Origin: Eukaryota sp. TZLM1-RC
Lineage: Eukaryota > Protista > Metamonada: BaSk clade
Reading direction: 5' to 3'
Length of the DNA stretch: 64,000 nucleotides
NCBI GenBank assembly: GCA_040285825.1
Contig: JAUPSS010000003.1
Coordinates: 1,612,001-1,676,000 of the forward strand
In this document: positions 22,709 through 33,783 of the stretch, in pieces
Position numbering within the stretch: the stretch's first letter is position 1
Layout of the letters: each line of letters begins with the position of its first letter
Program-made: the position numbers and the translations under genes
The notes under the pieces: model-generated
What the model saw: only the letters and a program-made list of their open reading frames with translations
What the model was told of the DNA's origin: nothing
Databases searched by the model: none

Positions 22709-25324
22709 TCAAAGTTCGTCAACAGAGGGCTCACTAGTGTTCGTCTTATTGGAAGGAACTTCTACTTTGGGCTTGGGCTTGGGCTTCGCTAAGATTCTTC
22801 TGATAGTTTTTTCAAGATCTTTTTGCTTAGCCTCAATCTCAGTTCCAGTGACAGCAACAGAATCATAAAGACTTTTTTTGGCCTGTTTGTCGAGCTTTTT
22901 CTCTAACCATTTGCTAATATCTTTTACCTTGGACAAAACCTCTTTCTTGTCCTTTTTAGCAATCAAAGACTCGTTTAATTGGTTGAATTCCAAAGAAGTC
23001 TTCTCCAAAAGTGTAGTCAGGCTATTGACCAAGTACTTTCTTTTTGAGTGTTCAGTTGCTCTTTCTGAAACCTCATCAAATATCGCTCGCAATTTACCCA
23101 TTCGAGTTGTGAATACTTCTACAACAATTTCTGGACCAGAATTTGGTAGAGGGGAATCAAAATCAAGCCAATCACCTTCTGTTTCAAGGATTTCCTTAAA
23201 TAATTGTATTTTTTCTGGTGGGCAACTTTTATAAAAAAGTGACTCCTCATCTAAAAGATTGGCCTTAAGTTCATATAAATAAGATTCAAAAGAATTTCTT
23301 ATTTGATGCGCTTCATCTAAGAGAATATCTTTTCTTTTTAACTCTTCAAGAAATTCCCGTTGATGATTAAGAGTTTCATTGACAGTTAAATCAGGAATTA
23401 ATTTGAAAGAATCTAGTAAAAGTCGAGCCTTCTCATTCAAATCACCCATTCTATAAGAATGGTTGGCATGATCAATTTGTAGAAAATGATTGATTCCTTG
23501 GTTGATATTGTCATAGAGCTGAGTGGCAGAAATTTGATCCTTTACAATTGAGCAAATAGAATCAACTGTGAATGGAATTTTTACCTTGATTGGGACACGT
23601 GATGTTGTGATCTCTATTTCTGATCTCCTCTCAGTTTGATTTTGACCCTCAGTCGCGTTTACAGTTGTATTATTTCCTCCCGTCATCTCTGAACTGACCA
23701 ACTTCTCCATCTGTTTGGTGACATTAACATAGGTAGTTGCAAACACAGAAGACACCTCAAAACAATTGACTGGAGAAATAGCTAAATTAATACGAATTTT
23801 CAAAGGCTTTTGTTCTTTTTGGATAGACAGAGTAGTATTGAGGGACGAATATTTTAAAATTTCATTCTCCACCAATTCGTGAGCTCCTCTAACATTGACA
23901 AGTGCAAAATATTCATTTCCAGAGTAATAAACCACAGAAAAATTTCCGTCTACCCTGTGCGAGCTGAAAAACTTGCCTACTCTAGGACCTCTTGGATGTA
24001 TCACATTATCCAAATTGGAAAGCGTTTGAGGAAAACTGTAAACGTCATCAGACCAAAAATCAGCAAGACTAAACTTGACCATGGCAAATCTAGGGTGTAA
24101 AGAAGCGGCATAGTAAACACATCCCACGGCTACTCCTTCGTCAGCATTACTCATTCTCATTAAGGGGATATCAAAGCTATTTTGAATACTATCCAAAAGT
24201 TGAGGTGATCTAATACCACCGCCAATGGGAACGATTCCATCAACTTCCGAAAGATTAAACCCTGAAAGTGTTCGTTGGAGGGTTTTTTGGGTCAGGGCCA
24301 TGAGTGATGGGCATCTTGAGTTGAGGTGATCAACAGTGATAGTGGTGACGAGATCTGATGATGATGGATGACGTGTTTTGATTGAGGTTTGATAGAATCT
24401 GGGTAGCATTAAAAACACCAAGTCTTGATCTACGGAGATTTTTGCCTCAGGATGACCAGCAAGTACCTCTTTGGATTTTTGAATTATTTGGCGAATTTTT
24501 ACCATTCCCTTGTCGAAATTTTCACGATCTGTTCCCACCTGATCTCTAATTGTAAACACCGAATCAATACCAAAATTTTGAAAAAACAAATCAATTAAGC
24601 AATCAGTAACCGCATCACCACCAATAAACTCTTGGTGAAAGTTATTGACTGAAATTGAACCAAGTCCAGAACTAGTTTTGGCGGACTTTTGGAAAGTTTT
24701 GGCGGGGGTAAAAGATACTAAAGAGCTTGCTATACGCTTAGCTCCTATGTCTAGAAAGACGTAATTCATCGGATCAGTGATTGGTTGGCGTACTCTGAGT
24801 TCCAAGGCAGCGGCAGCAGGGGAAGACAAGACACCCAGACAGTTGAGAGAGGTGAGAGATATGGAACGTTGAAGTAGTGCGGAGAGAGAGGAATCGGCAG
24901 CAAATGGAACAGAAATTACCACATCTGTAGCAGTCTCTCCCGATTGAACACTAGCAGAATCGGCGATATGTTGAAGTAACATTGCCAGAATAGTATCAGG
25001 AGAAATTTCACCGATAGGAGAGTTCCAGATTGATCCAGCAGTTTCGCCTAATCTGTGAGCATTGAGAAGAGAGAGAAGAGAAGGAGAGACGCAAGAAGGG
25101 CATCTTGACGAGACAGAAATAGCAGTGTCACCAATGAAACGTTCTCCATTATGAAAAGCTACATGAGCGTGAAAGCGACGTCTTCCCATGTCAGATAGAA
25201 CAATATCGGGACGACCCCCACGTTTCAAGTAGTGTGCGACTAAAGAAGCATCACCAAGATCAACACCAATAATTGAACAATAACTGAGATAGAGCAGTGT
25301 ACAAAAAACTAAGGAGCGTATCAT
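22709..25324 (-). CDS. HYOU1: ER Hsp70-family nucleotide exchange factor (Grp170/Lhs1/HYOU1-like)
   Basis: Signal peptide, IIGVDLG, IGGGIRSP, NADEGVAVG, RNSFESYLY, and C-terminal VDEL ER-retention signal; 871 aa. Confidence 0.85.
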   Translation of the reverse strand: MIRSLVFCTLLYLSYCSIIGVDLGDASLVAHYLKRGGRPDIVLSDMGRRRFHAHVAFHNGERFIGDTAISVSSRCPSCVSPSLLSLLNAHRLGETAGSIWNSPIGEISPDTILAMLLQHIADSASVQSGETATDVVISVPFAADSSLSALLQRSISLTSLNCLGVLSSPAAAALELRVRQPITDPMNYVFLDIGAKRIASSLVSFTPAKTFQKSAKTSSGLGSISVNNFHQEFIGGDAVTDCLIDLFFQNFGIDSVFTIRDQVGTDRENFDKGMVKIRQIIQKSKEVLAGHPEAKISVDQDLVFLMLPRFYQTSIKTRHPSSSDLVTTITVDHLNSRCPSLMALTQKTLQRTLSGFNLSEVDGIVPIGGGIRSPQLLDSIQNSFDIPLMRMSNADEGVAVGCVYYAASLHPRFAMVKFSLADFWSDDVYSFPQTLSNLDNVIHPRGPRVGKFFSSHRVDGNFSVVYYSGNEYFALVNVRGAHELVENEILKYSSLNTTLSIQKEQKPLKIRINLAISPVNCFEVSSVFATTYVNVTKQMEKLVSSEMTGGNNTTVNATEGQNQTERRSEIEITTSRVPIKVKIPFTVDSICSIVKDQISATQLYDNINQGINHFLQIDHANHSYRMGDLNEKARLLLDSFKLIPDLTVNETLNHQREFLEELKRKDILLDEAHQIRNSFESYLYELKANLLDEESLFYKSCPPEKIQLFKEILETEGDWLDFDSPLPNSGPEIVVEVFTTRMGKLRAIFDEVSERATEHSKRKYLVNSLTTLLEKTSLEFNQLNESLIAKKDKKEVLSKVKDISKWLEKKLDKQAKKSLYDSVAVTGTEIEAKQKDLEKTIRRILAKPKPKPKVEVPSNKTNTSEPSVDEL

Positions 25325-25359
25325 TAGTTATCAAAAAGAGTATTGTATTTCATCCAGAT

Positions 25360-25755
25360 CTTTTTTTTATATTCATTTAACAAAAAATATGAAAACATAA
25401 AATACACAACTAAAACTCCGCATCCTCAAAACCCGCCTCCCCTACATCAAAACAATTAATTGCTAAAGATTCAGAAAATTTCCCAAAAGAAGAGAGTGAA
25501 TCAGAAATTAAATTCACCATTCATTCATAAATAGATAATACAATTCTGTTTTGTTAGTAAACACGATTGAAAATTCTTCCAGTTCTTTCCTTTACAACTA
25601 CAACAAAATCTTCAAGTATAGCCATAGCAGCCTTACGTAGAGATCCAAGCAGAGAAAAAACAAAGGGACATAAATTATATTAGGCATGAGAATTTTCATT
25701 AACTGAGGAAATGAGTTTCGCATATTTAGCAATTATATATTTTTCGCCAGCAAGA
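25360..25755 (-). mobile_element. 3' fragment of an RLE non-LTR element (family B-like) ending in an A-tail about 40 nt upstream of the HYOU1 ATG
   Basis: The minus strand encodes KY...YNLCPFVFSLLGSLRKA...RTGRIFNRV. It is an inverted homologue of 26320-26645. Confidence 0.8.
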
Positions 25756-26319
25756 TCTGTATTGATCTTTCAATAACATTCATGAATTCAAGTTGCCACT
25801 AATGACAGATGGCCATTGTTTTCCAATCGATTATCAGACGCTAATGCAATGGAACCATGTCACGTTTTTGAAAAGAAATCTTGATTCAATGAAATTGGTG
25901 CAATGAGCTTTACATTTAATCTGTTGAGTGTTGAATCTGTTCAATTCCAGGTTCTTGTCTACTGATATATAAGGAAAAATTCAAAAAAAAAAGAACTTTC
26001 AACCACAAAAAAATGATAAAAGGAACAAACTACGTACATATTTATCCACCTATTTTTGCAATTTGTCGAATATAAACAGAAAACAGAACTATTTTTTAAC
26101 AAAATCTGCTAAAACAATTTGTTTTATATTAACCAAACTGAAATGTATTACAAAATCCAAGCTTTTAAACAATTAACTAAACCGATGCTGTAATTGTTTT
26201 CAAAGTGAGGTTAATTATACTTCTCATCGCAATTTCGATGACATGATCTGGAAAAAGCTCCTATCAAACTGCTGGTGATAGTAACTCAATTTCATAATTC
26301 AGTTTTGGTCAAATAATTC

Positions 26320-26645
26320 AAGGTAATTCATCTATGGCTTTCCTTGAGGATTTTGTTGTAGTTGTAAAGGAAAGAACTGGAAGAATTTTCAATCGTGTTT
26401 ACTGGCAAAACAGGAAGTCGAAGTCAACAATTGACATTGACAGACAGGATTGTATTTTCTATTTTTTAAGGAAATGGTAAAACTAATTTCTGATTCACTC
26501 TCTTCTTTTGGGAAATTTTCTAAATCTTTAGCAATTAATTGTTTTGATGTAGGAGGGGCTGGTTTCGAGGATGTGGATTGAGTTTTAATTGTGTATTTTA
26601 TGTTTTCATATTTGTTGTTGGATAAAATTAAAATGTAATAAAAAA
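26320..26645 (+). mobile_element. 3' fragment of an RLE non-LTR element (family B-like)
   Basis: FLEDFVVVVKERTGRIFNRVYWQNR..., with 3' UTR and A-tail. Homologous to 25360-25620 (opposite strand) and 35150-35280. Confidence 0.8.
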
Positions 26646-26899
26646 GGTTTTGGTCAATAAGTTGAAGTCAAACAATTCAAAACCATAAGATGATTGGAAT
26701 ATTTTTGGAAAATTTCATAAACAAAAGTCCTGCGCCCACCTATAAAAGCTAACTTACACAGCTCTTCAGCTGATGAAGCACCAATTTCACCTCAATTGGG
26801 ATGAAAAAATAAATGATTATTGATTATATTGCAAGTTTTGTTATTGATTTTCCATCTTCAGAATCATTGCGTTTCTGAGACATTACATTGTTCACCTCT

Positions 26900-27070
26900 T
26901 CCTCGTTTCATTAAGTCCACTTTGAATAACATTATGGAGTTTCATAACACGCGAATTGCTATTCGCTTTTGAATAGCGAAAATCTCCCATCATTCAATTG
27001 ATGGAGTTTTTAGTATGTTAAAGTATTAGTTAAGGTTTTTGGTTGAGTTTTAAAATGTACCTGTTCCAGA
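26900..27070 (+). mobile_element. 3' tail fragment of RLE family E
   Basis: Reverse complement of 17220-17370 and 40395-40545. Confidence 0.75.
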
Positions 27071-27365
27071 AATAAAATTTAGTTGTTGATCAACAGCTGA
27101 CTGTGAATATGATTGACGTTGATCAAAATATCGTGAATGCGATTATCTCTTCAAAGCAAAACACTATCAAATTGAATATAAATGAACTTCGATGATTTCA
27201 TTTACACAAATATGGGAAAATATATTTAATATATATTCAATCTTTTTAAATCAAAAAGTAACAACATCTCAAATGAACAGAAGGCCTCTACTGTATTGTT
27301 TATCACAATTTGTTTCGATACCAAAAAAAGGCAAAATCTAAAACACAGGCTAATGATAAATCGAA

Positions 27366-27951
27366 TTAAGAACGAACAACTTCGGTAGATTTGGGGACGG
27401 CACTTTCGGCTTGGGAAAGATGGAGTTCCATGTGTGAAGGATGTGACATGTATGCTGAGATAAGTCCATCAAGGTGTTCACAAACGATTGATTCTACCGT
27501 GAGCTCTGTAGGTACGTCTTCTTCCCTTAGGAGCCTGATTTACGGCAACATGGCTGACGTAGGTATCAGTAAGACCCTTTCTCAGAGCTGAGGCTTCAGC
27601 ATTTCTAAGGAGATCAAGAACAAAACGAATAGACTTTTCGGGCCATCTTCCTTGTGATACACCGAATTCCTTAGCTTGAGCAGTACGACCAACCTATGAT
27701 GAAAACGCGATAACGACAAACTCCACCGTTGAAGCGACGGAAAGGAATGCATCTCTTCCTCGCTAAGACATCGTTGAGATAACGCTTGGCCTTTTCAAGG
27801 GACATACCCTTAATTGCTGCGGCAGTCTCACGAGTGTTCTTAAAAGAAACACGAAGGTAAGATCCACGGGCCTTAACGGCTAAGATTAGTCATACGATCG
27901 TTATGACTTACTCTTTTCAGGATTGGTGGGAAGAGCGGTGTAATGGATCAT
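27366..27951 (-). CDS. RPL17: 60S ribosomal protein uL22 (L17), four exons; absent from the ORF track
   Basis: Introns at 27880-27911 (32 nt), 27694-27721 (28 nt) and 27455-27485 (31 nt). Spliced product: [33 protein letters not shown]...[18 protein letters not shown]...GRWPEKS...[22 protein letters not shown]. Confidence 0.97.
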
Positions 27952-28913
27952 GAAACCGGAAGAAAAAGGGAAAAGGGAAAAGTTTAGAACTCACAAAATA
28001 AAATAGAACAATAATAATACACAATAATATAATATATTCACAAGAATATAACAATAACATTCCATTTAAGAATAGTTACAACTCAATTAGTGTTGATGAA
28101 AAAACAGAGCCTCCAATTTTTTTTTAAAAACAATCGTTTGTTCTTCAAATTCCGAAATTCAGTTGCAGTTCTAATGTCCGAAGTATCTTATTCGAAATAA
28201 GCTGTAAGCTAACATTTGTAAAAGCGGAAAAATTCAAAGAAAATAATCAGATGAATGCAAGTTCCGAAAAACTTTTTTATTTTGCCGGCTCTGATCAATG
28301 GACCTGTTTGACTTTGATCCACCTTCACCATATTCATCACATGATCTCCATAACTCCGTCTTTACTTCCAAGAGATCTGTAACAAGAGGATATAGATCTT
28401 TTGTTGAAGAGAACATAAAATTGAAACAGACAAACCAGCTTGTTCGAGCAAATAACATTTCTGGATACGAATCCGAAGAAGTATGCATTTCATGTTCTCA
28501 CTCAAGCTGGTCACTTATTTGAGCCAACAATATGAAAATTCGAGAAGCACTAGCCAATCACAAGAAACCTGTCATTCAGAACAGCAGTTTCCAAATCTTC
28601 CAACTCTTCAATGGGAAACAATGGACTTTGAAACTGAGACCAATGATGATAGGGCACGATGCTTGACAAATACGAATGTTGATACTGATTTTGACGAATT
28701 GTTTGAATATGATGTTATGAAAACTTGTTGATGTAAAAAATATTATATTTGTTTTTCAATTGATCCAAATATATTTAAATATTACTTGTTGATGGCTATA
28801 GTTAAATGCTTTGTGTTTATATTTTTCAACAGGATTCCCCTCTTGAATTCATAAATAGATGACCTTCAAAAACTTTTTTAAACTTGTTGATATTTCTCAC
28901 TTTCCTCAACACA

Positions 28914-31493
28914 ATGGATCCATCTACTACTTCTGACTATCTTACTCACATCGAGTCTGTTGCAGAAAACATCAAGAAGGAGCTTAATGCACCTGATGGT
29001 TTTTCTGCTGCTCTCGTGCTAGGGTCTGGTCTCAATCAATTTGTTGAAGATCTCAAGTCCCGTGATTGCTCATCAGTCCCATATGATAAAATCGGTATGC
29101 CTCCCACTGGTGTCGAAGGCCATATCGGTGCTGTATTTGCAGCCACTTTTGGTCAACATAAAATTATGTGCTTTGCAGGCCGATTCCATGCTTATGAGGG
29201 TTATCCCGGTTACACAACGTGTTTTTTGCCACGTGTTGCCGCCATGTGTGGATGTAGGTATTATATTGCCACCAATGCTGCTGGAGGTTCCGCTGAAGGG
29301 ATGCAAGCAGGTGATATTATGCTCATTACTGATCACATCAATGCTACAAAGCTCTCAGTTCAGTCCGAAGTTCAAGGTGATTCTCGATTTGGTCCATCGA
29401 TCATCTCTGGTTCCGATATCTACTCTACTGAACTCCATGATATTGCCAGAAATATTGTCAAGGAAATCAAACGTCCCGACTCTGATGAGTTGGTTTTCAA
29501 GGACAGAAAGCTTTTCGAAGGAGTTTACATGTGGAGTGGTGGTCCTTCTTATGAAACTTTCGCTGAGGTTCGCCGCGGACAAGCCCATGGAGCTTCTGCT
29601 TATGGAATGTCCACCGTTCCGGAAGCGATTGCTGCACGCGCTTTAGGAATGAACGTTTTTGGTCTATCTCTCATATCTAACTTGGCCGCGGGTATCTCCC
29701 CTGTACCTCTGACTCATGGAGAGGTCGTCATTGCCGCCAAGGAAGCCTCTCCCCGTGTCTCTGCTTTCATCACTGCGTTGCTGGAACGTCTCCCCGTCAA
29801 GAGCTTTGAATGCCCTATTACCCAGGATCCATCAGTCCAAGCTGATATTCCAGTCCGTCCACTTCGATCAAGCTACCCCGCTGTGTCTGAAATTGAAAAG
29901 GCTGTTCGCTCATTGGGCTGCTCTATTGACTTTGCTGTCCATGTGAGTAACGTCTATGGATCTGAAATGCATTCATTGATCTGTCCTGCTTCTTCCCTCA
30001 TTAAAAAGGTTTCTGTTCCCTCTCTCTTGGGTTCAATGTGTAAGCATTCGTTCGCTGCTTCCAATGCTGAATTGGCTATCTATGGGTGTGATTCCGGTTC
30101 GATTTGTTTCATCCAATACAATCTTCCTGCTAGTGAGTGTATTTTGTATGGATTAGAACCAGTAGAAATTTCCCTCGTCACGACCATTCTCAGGTTGTCA
30201 GGGGCCAGGGCCTTTGTTCAACTATCTCCCAGTGTTTCAATCAAGCAGACCACAAATTCATTAGTTGTGGTTAAAGATATTGCTCATTTAACCAACACTT
30301 CTCCTGCTCCTCTGAGTCACCCTGCTTATCTAGTTAGTCAAGGATTTTCCGTTGACTTTAGCAAACTATCAGAATTGATTGCTCCCGAAGAAGTTGTTTC
30401 TGGCGTAGGATCAGCAGCTAATGTTGCAGCTTTCCCTGCACCCGTTTTGCCTTCGCCATCAGAAGTAAATATAGCGGTCCAATCAAATTGTGATTCAATT
30501 GTGATTGACAATGTTGGTTTCCTTGACACTGCCCGTGCCCTAGGAGCCAGTGCTTCTATGATTTGCTCCAACACTGGAGTTTTCTCAGATTCTGATATCA
30601 CTTCTAGGTACACAGTTGTCGCTAACACGCACAAACAAGCTATCGGTAATGCATGTAATGATCTTTTAACCAAGAGACAGTTCTCAGTTTCGCCATTGTC
30701 TGCTCACGATTCTGCTAATACTGGAGCCATCCCAGTTTTGTATAATCCTCATGAACTATGTTATGATTCTGGTTTTGTTACCCCAGTTGATGAGGCCATT
30801 GTTAAGATTCGTGAAGCTTCAGGTATGCATGAGGCTGCGGTTGTTTATGGAATTATTGGTCCATTGAACCTCTCTCAGTATGCTGAGTTTGGTATTACTG
30901 TCTATTTGGGATCTTCTATTATTGCAAATGTCTTCAAATTGAAGGATGATACCTTTATCATTCACTTTGATGGAGACTTGAACTCTAATAATGGAGCACC
31001 TATCCGCAGAACTGGACTAATTACCAGAATATTAGCTAGATTGAAGGCTGAAAAAACTTTAGTTTTGTTACCAATTATCAATACTGCTGAAAACAAAAAC
31101 ATTGCCACATTTGTTAATGACCATGTCAATATTTGGCAAGATTCTGCTCTTTGGGGACATAATGACCCTGTCTGGGGCCCAAGATTCCCTGATATGTCAA
31201 ACCTTTACACTGACAAGCTTCGTGAAACACTTTGCGCTAAATTTGGTGACAGCGATGTCTGTACAGGTCAAGGCACAGTTGTTTTCCACTTTGGTCCAAT
31301 TTCGAACTGTGAGCTCTCCCTTGCTCAATATTTGAAATGTAACGGTGTTGTTACTGGCCGAGGAATGGAGATTGTTTCTTTAAGACATTGTTCATTACCC
31401 CTAGCCTGTGTTGGCTATACTATGGAAGCACTTGAAGTGTCTAATTTGGACTTCATCAAAAGCATTGTTAAAGAGTTTATTGAAACAGCTTAG
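28914..31493 (+). CDS. PNP: Purine nucleoside phosphorylase with three tandem PNP-like domains (first intact, second and third degenerate)
   Basis: Domain 1 has VLGSGL, GRFHAYEG, TNAAGG, GPSYET, GMSTVPE and SLISN. Domain 3 has DHVN...GHNDPVWGPRFPDMSNLY. About 860 aa, three times a PNP monomer. Confidence 0.9.
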   Translation: MDPSTTSDYLTHIESVAENIKKELNAPDGFSAALVLGSGLNQFVEDLKSRDCSSVPYDKIGMPPTGVEGHIGAVFAATFGQHKIMCFAGRFHAYEGYPGYTTCFLPRVAAMCGCRYYIATNAAGGSAEGMQAGDIMLITDHINATKLSVQSEVQGDSRFGPSIISGSDIYSTELHDIARNIVKEIKRPDSDELVFKDRKLFEGVYMWSGGPSYETFAEVRRGQAHGASAYGMSTVPEAIAARALGMNVFGLSLISNLAAGISPVPLTHGEVVIAAKEASPRVSAFITALLERLPVKSFECPITQDPSVQADIPVRPLRSSYPAVSEIEKAVRSLGCSIDFAVHVSNVYGSEMHSLICPASSLIKKVSVPSLLGSMCKHSFAASNAELAIYGCDSGSICFIQYNLPASECILYGLEPVEISLVTTILRLSGARAFVQLSPSVSIKQTTNSLVVVKDIAHLTNTSPAPLSHPAYLVSQGFSVDFSKLSELIAPEEVVSGVGSAANVAAFPAPVLPSPSEVNIAVQSNCDSIVIDNVGFLDTARALGASASMICSNTGVFSDSDITSRYTVVANTHKQAIGNACNDLLTKRQFSVSPLSAHDSANTGAIPVLYNPHELCYDSGFVTPVDEAIVKIREASGMHEAAVVYGIIGPLNLSQYAEFGITVYLGSSIIANVFKLKDDTFIIHFDGDLNSNNGAPIRRTGLITRILARLKAEKTLVLLPIINTAENKNIATFVNDHVNIWQDSALWGHNDPVWGPRFPDMSNLYTDKLRETLCAKFGDSDVCTGQGTVVFHFGPISNCELSLAQYLKCNGVVTGRGMEIVSLRHCSLPLACVGYTMEALEVSNLDFIKSIVKEFIETA

Positions 31494-31593
31494 TGATTTT
31501 ACGGTGATTTTTTGAATAAATTTTATTGTTGCGTATTTGTACAACTTTAATTAAAAAGTATTTACAATAAATCGAGCTGGAAAACATTCAAAA

Positions 31594-33783
31594 TTACATA
31601 CTTTCCTTGATGAAACCCTTTAACTCTTCTAAATTTTGCCTCCTCTTTTTGTTCTGTAGTTTGACAGAATCCATCATCTTCAAAAGCAACCTCAAATCTG
31701 TTGAAGGTAACAATGACATTTTCCCCACAGCATAAGGGTTTTCTGCTACCACTATAGCTGATGCCGTGGATAACGTAGACCAAGAAGAGTGCAAGGCTTC
31801 TATTTTAAACTTATGTTTACAATTGGGCGGCAAAAACGTAAGTGAATACCTGTGAAATTCTGATAAAAGTGACTTTAAATTTGGCAGTAATTGTTGATGA
31901 ATTGTTTTTGTCTTTAGTTTAACCAAAAAAGCAGAGAAAAGTTGCTTCCAAAGAGCAGGAGCTAATTGTTTGATATACGAAACGGCAAGAACTTCAGGAA
32001 AATAAAATGCTGGAGATAAAAATTGTTTCAAGATATCGGAAACTTGTTCATAAACTTTTGATGAAACTTCTCCGTTGGACAAGTCGAGCTCATCCGCAAT
32101 ATGCAAAAACCGAGGTTCCAAATATTGAGCAATACCTCGGCTAGCGAGCGATAAAAATTCCAATGATATATTTTTAAATTTTTGCAAGGAAAACTCAGCA
32201 CGTGACAATGATCCCTTCTTCACCAAGCTACATGAATCTCTAAAATTCGGAAAATATTCAGCCAGAACAAACAAATCAACTGCACCCATCAAAGTTTTAA
32301 AGAATTTTTCACTATCATCACGTTGTTTTGGATGACGTGAGTTGTTGACCGTGGACGACTCTGTGACGTGAAGTTTTTTAATAAATAATTGTAAAGGTTC
32401 AGAATAACCAACAGTCAAAACTTTAGTAACCAATTGGTGAATTGATTGAGAAAAATCAAAATCATTTTCCTCACGTTCACAGTCAAAAACGCAATCATAG
32501 AACCAATCAATCAAAAGTTCGATTGATTGGATAATTTTAGGTACAACTGGAGAAAACGTAAAAAATGCAGAATCACGGTCACTGGTATTATTTTGAAAAA
32601 CTAGGAACTGATCCCTTCTTTTTTCAGTAACCAATTCCAAAATTTCCGTATCTGTATCCTTGTCAATCATGAAAAATTGACAACCGGAGTTTTCAAATTC
32701 CTTGAAATACTGGCTGATCTGCTTTGATCCCTTTTCTGACAGAGTAGAGCTCACACAATCAATCAAAGGAGCATGTGACAACCCTAGAACCGAAGCCCCG
32801 CAGAACAAAGCTTTAAAAGCATCTTGAACCTTCTTGAAATTTCCACAATCACGGGATGACACCTCAGAAAAACACTTCCTGAACAAATCTGTAACAGGAT
32901 TGAGAGCCAAAGACCATTCAAAATCTAAATCAATCCAAGACTTGAGCTCGGGAACTTGTTTGGACAAGGAAACTGACAGAGTTAGAACCCCAATTACATT
33001 GTAAACGTGATGGTCAAGCGAGGTCATCACTGATTTACGACCTACATTACCAAAAGAAACAATAGATTCAACAGAAACTTTGCGCATGTGCTTAAAGGTA
33101 TTTCTAAAAGAACTTGATTGACCAAGGGCATCAAAAACTTTAACAACCATTGAAGGTACCTTAATTAAACTATCTAATAAGGAATTCAAATACAAACTTT
33201 TTTCTTCAGATGGCTCTGTGGACAGAGTAACCACCAATCGTCCAATCTCAGCATACTGAGTCCTACTGTCAGTTAGCCAAACATGGAAATCACTCATGAG
33301 TTTTTGTTGAAGTTGTTGGACTAAGGAAGGTACAAGGACTTCTAGCTTTGAAGCAATGAAAGAGTTTTCTATTCTAGGTAATAGTACTTCATGAAGTTGA
33401 CAAAGCTTGGTGACAGTTAGGAGGTATTGTTTGGAGTTGAAAGCCTCAACAGCAGAGGAAAAGATGGTGAGGGCGGCATGCATTGCTCTGATGGACTGCA
33501 TTGTGAGTGCAATGTTGAGATGAGAACGGCGAATGAGTACCATTTGATGGCATAGAGATACTACATCATTACCAGAAGATTCCACACGTGAAGATAGTTT
33601 AATAAGTGTGGATCTGAGTTTAGAGGCTGACTCTTTGCCATCAAGCATGTTTGTTACTACAGCTAAAAAAGATTCATAGTTGGTTCCACATAGGGATTGT
33701 ATATGTTGGCGCTTTTGCTCTTGCCTATCTCTAAGTTCATGAAGACATGTTTGTATATGTTGTTCAAAGGATGATAAGGACAT
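31594..33783 (-). CDS. Exocyst subunit Sec15/EXOC6-like
   Basis: N-terminal IQSLCGTNYESFL...NIALTMQSI...YLLTVTKLCQLHEVLLPRI...MSDFHVWLTDSR follows the Sec15 N-terminal pattern; 729-aa helical protein. Confidence 0.7.
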   Translation of the reverse strand: MSLSSFEQHIQTCLHELRDRQEQKRQHIQSLCGTNYESFLAVVTNMLDGKESASKLRSTLIKLSSRVESSGNDVVSLCHQMVLIRRSHLNIALTMQSIRAMHAALTIFSSAVEAFNSKQYLLTVTKLCQLHEVLLPRIENSFIASKLEVLVPSLVQQLQQKLMSDFHVWLTDSRTQYAEIGRLVVTLSTEPSEEKSLYLNSLLDSLIKVPSMVVKVFDALGQSSSFRNTFKHMRKVSVESIVSFGNVGRKSVMTSLDHHVYNVIGVLTLSVSLSKQVPELKSWIDLDFEWSLALNPVTDLFRKCFSEVSSRDCGNFKKVQDAFKALFCGASVLGLSHAPLIDCVSSTLSEKGSKQISQYFKEFENSGCQFFMIDKDTDTEILELVTEKRRDQFLVFQNNTSDRDSAFFTFSPVVPKIIQSIELLIDWFYDCVFDCEREENDFDFSQSIHQLVTKVLTVGYSEPLQLFIKKLHVTESSTVNNSRHPKQRDDSEKFFKTLMGAVDLFVLAEYFPNFRDSCSLVKKGSLSRAEFSLQKFKNISLEFLSLASRGIAQYLEPRFLHIADELDLSNGEVSSKVYEQVSDILKQFLSPAFYFPEVLAVSYIKQLAPALWKQLFSAFLVKLKTKTIHQQLLPNLKSLLSEFHRYSLTFLPPNCKHKFKIEALHSSWSTLSTASAIVVAENPYAVGKMSLLPSTDLRLLLKMMDSVKLQNKKRRQNLEELKGFIKESM

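Noticed and set aside
28298-28731. Two short ORFs between RPL17 and PNP as a gene
   Set aside because: They are frameshifted relative to each other, with no intron fitting the local consensus and no recognisable motif.
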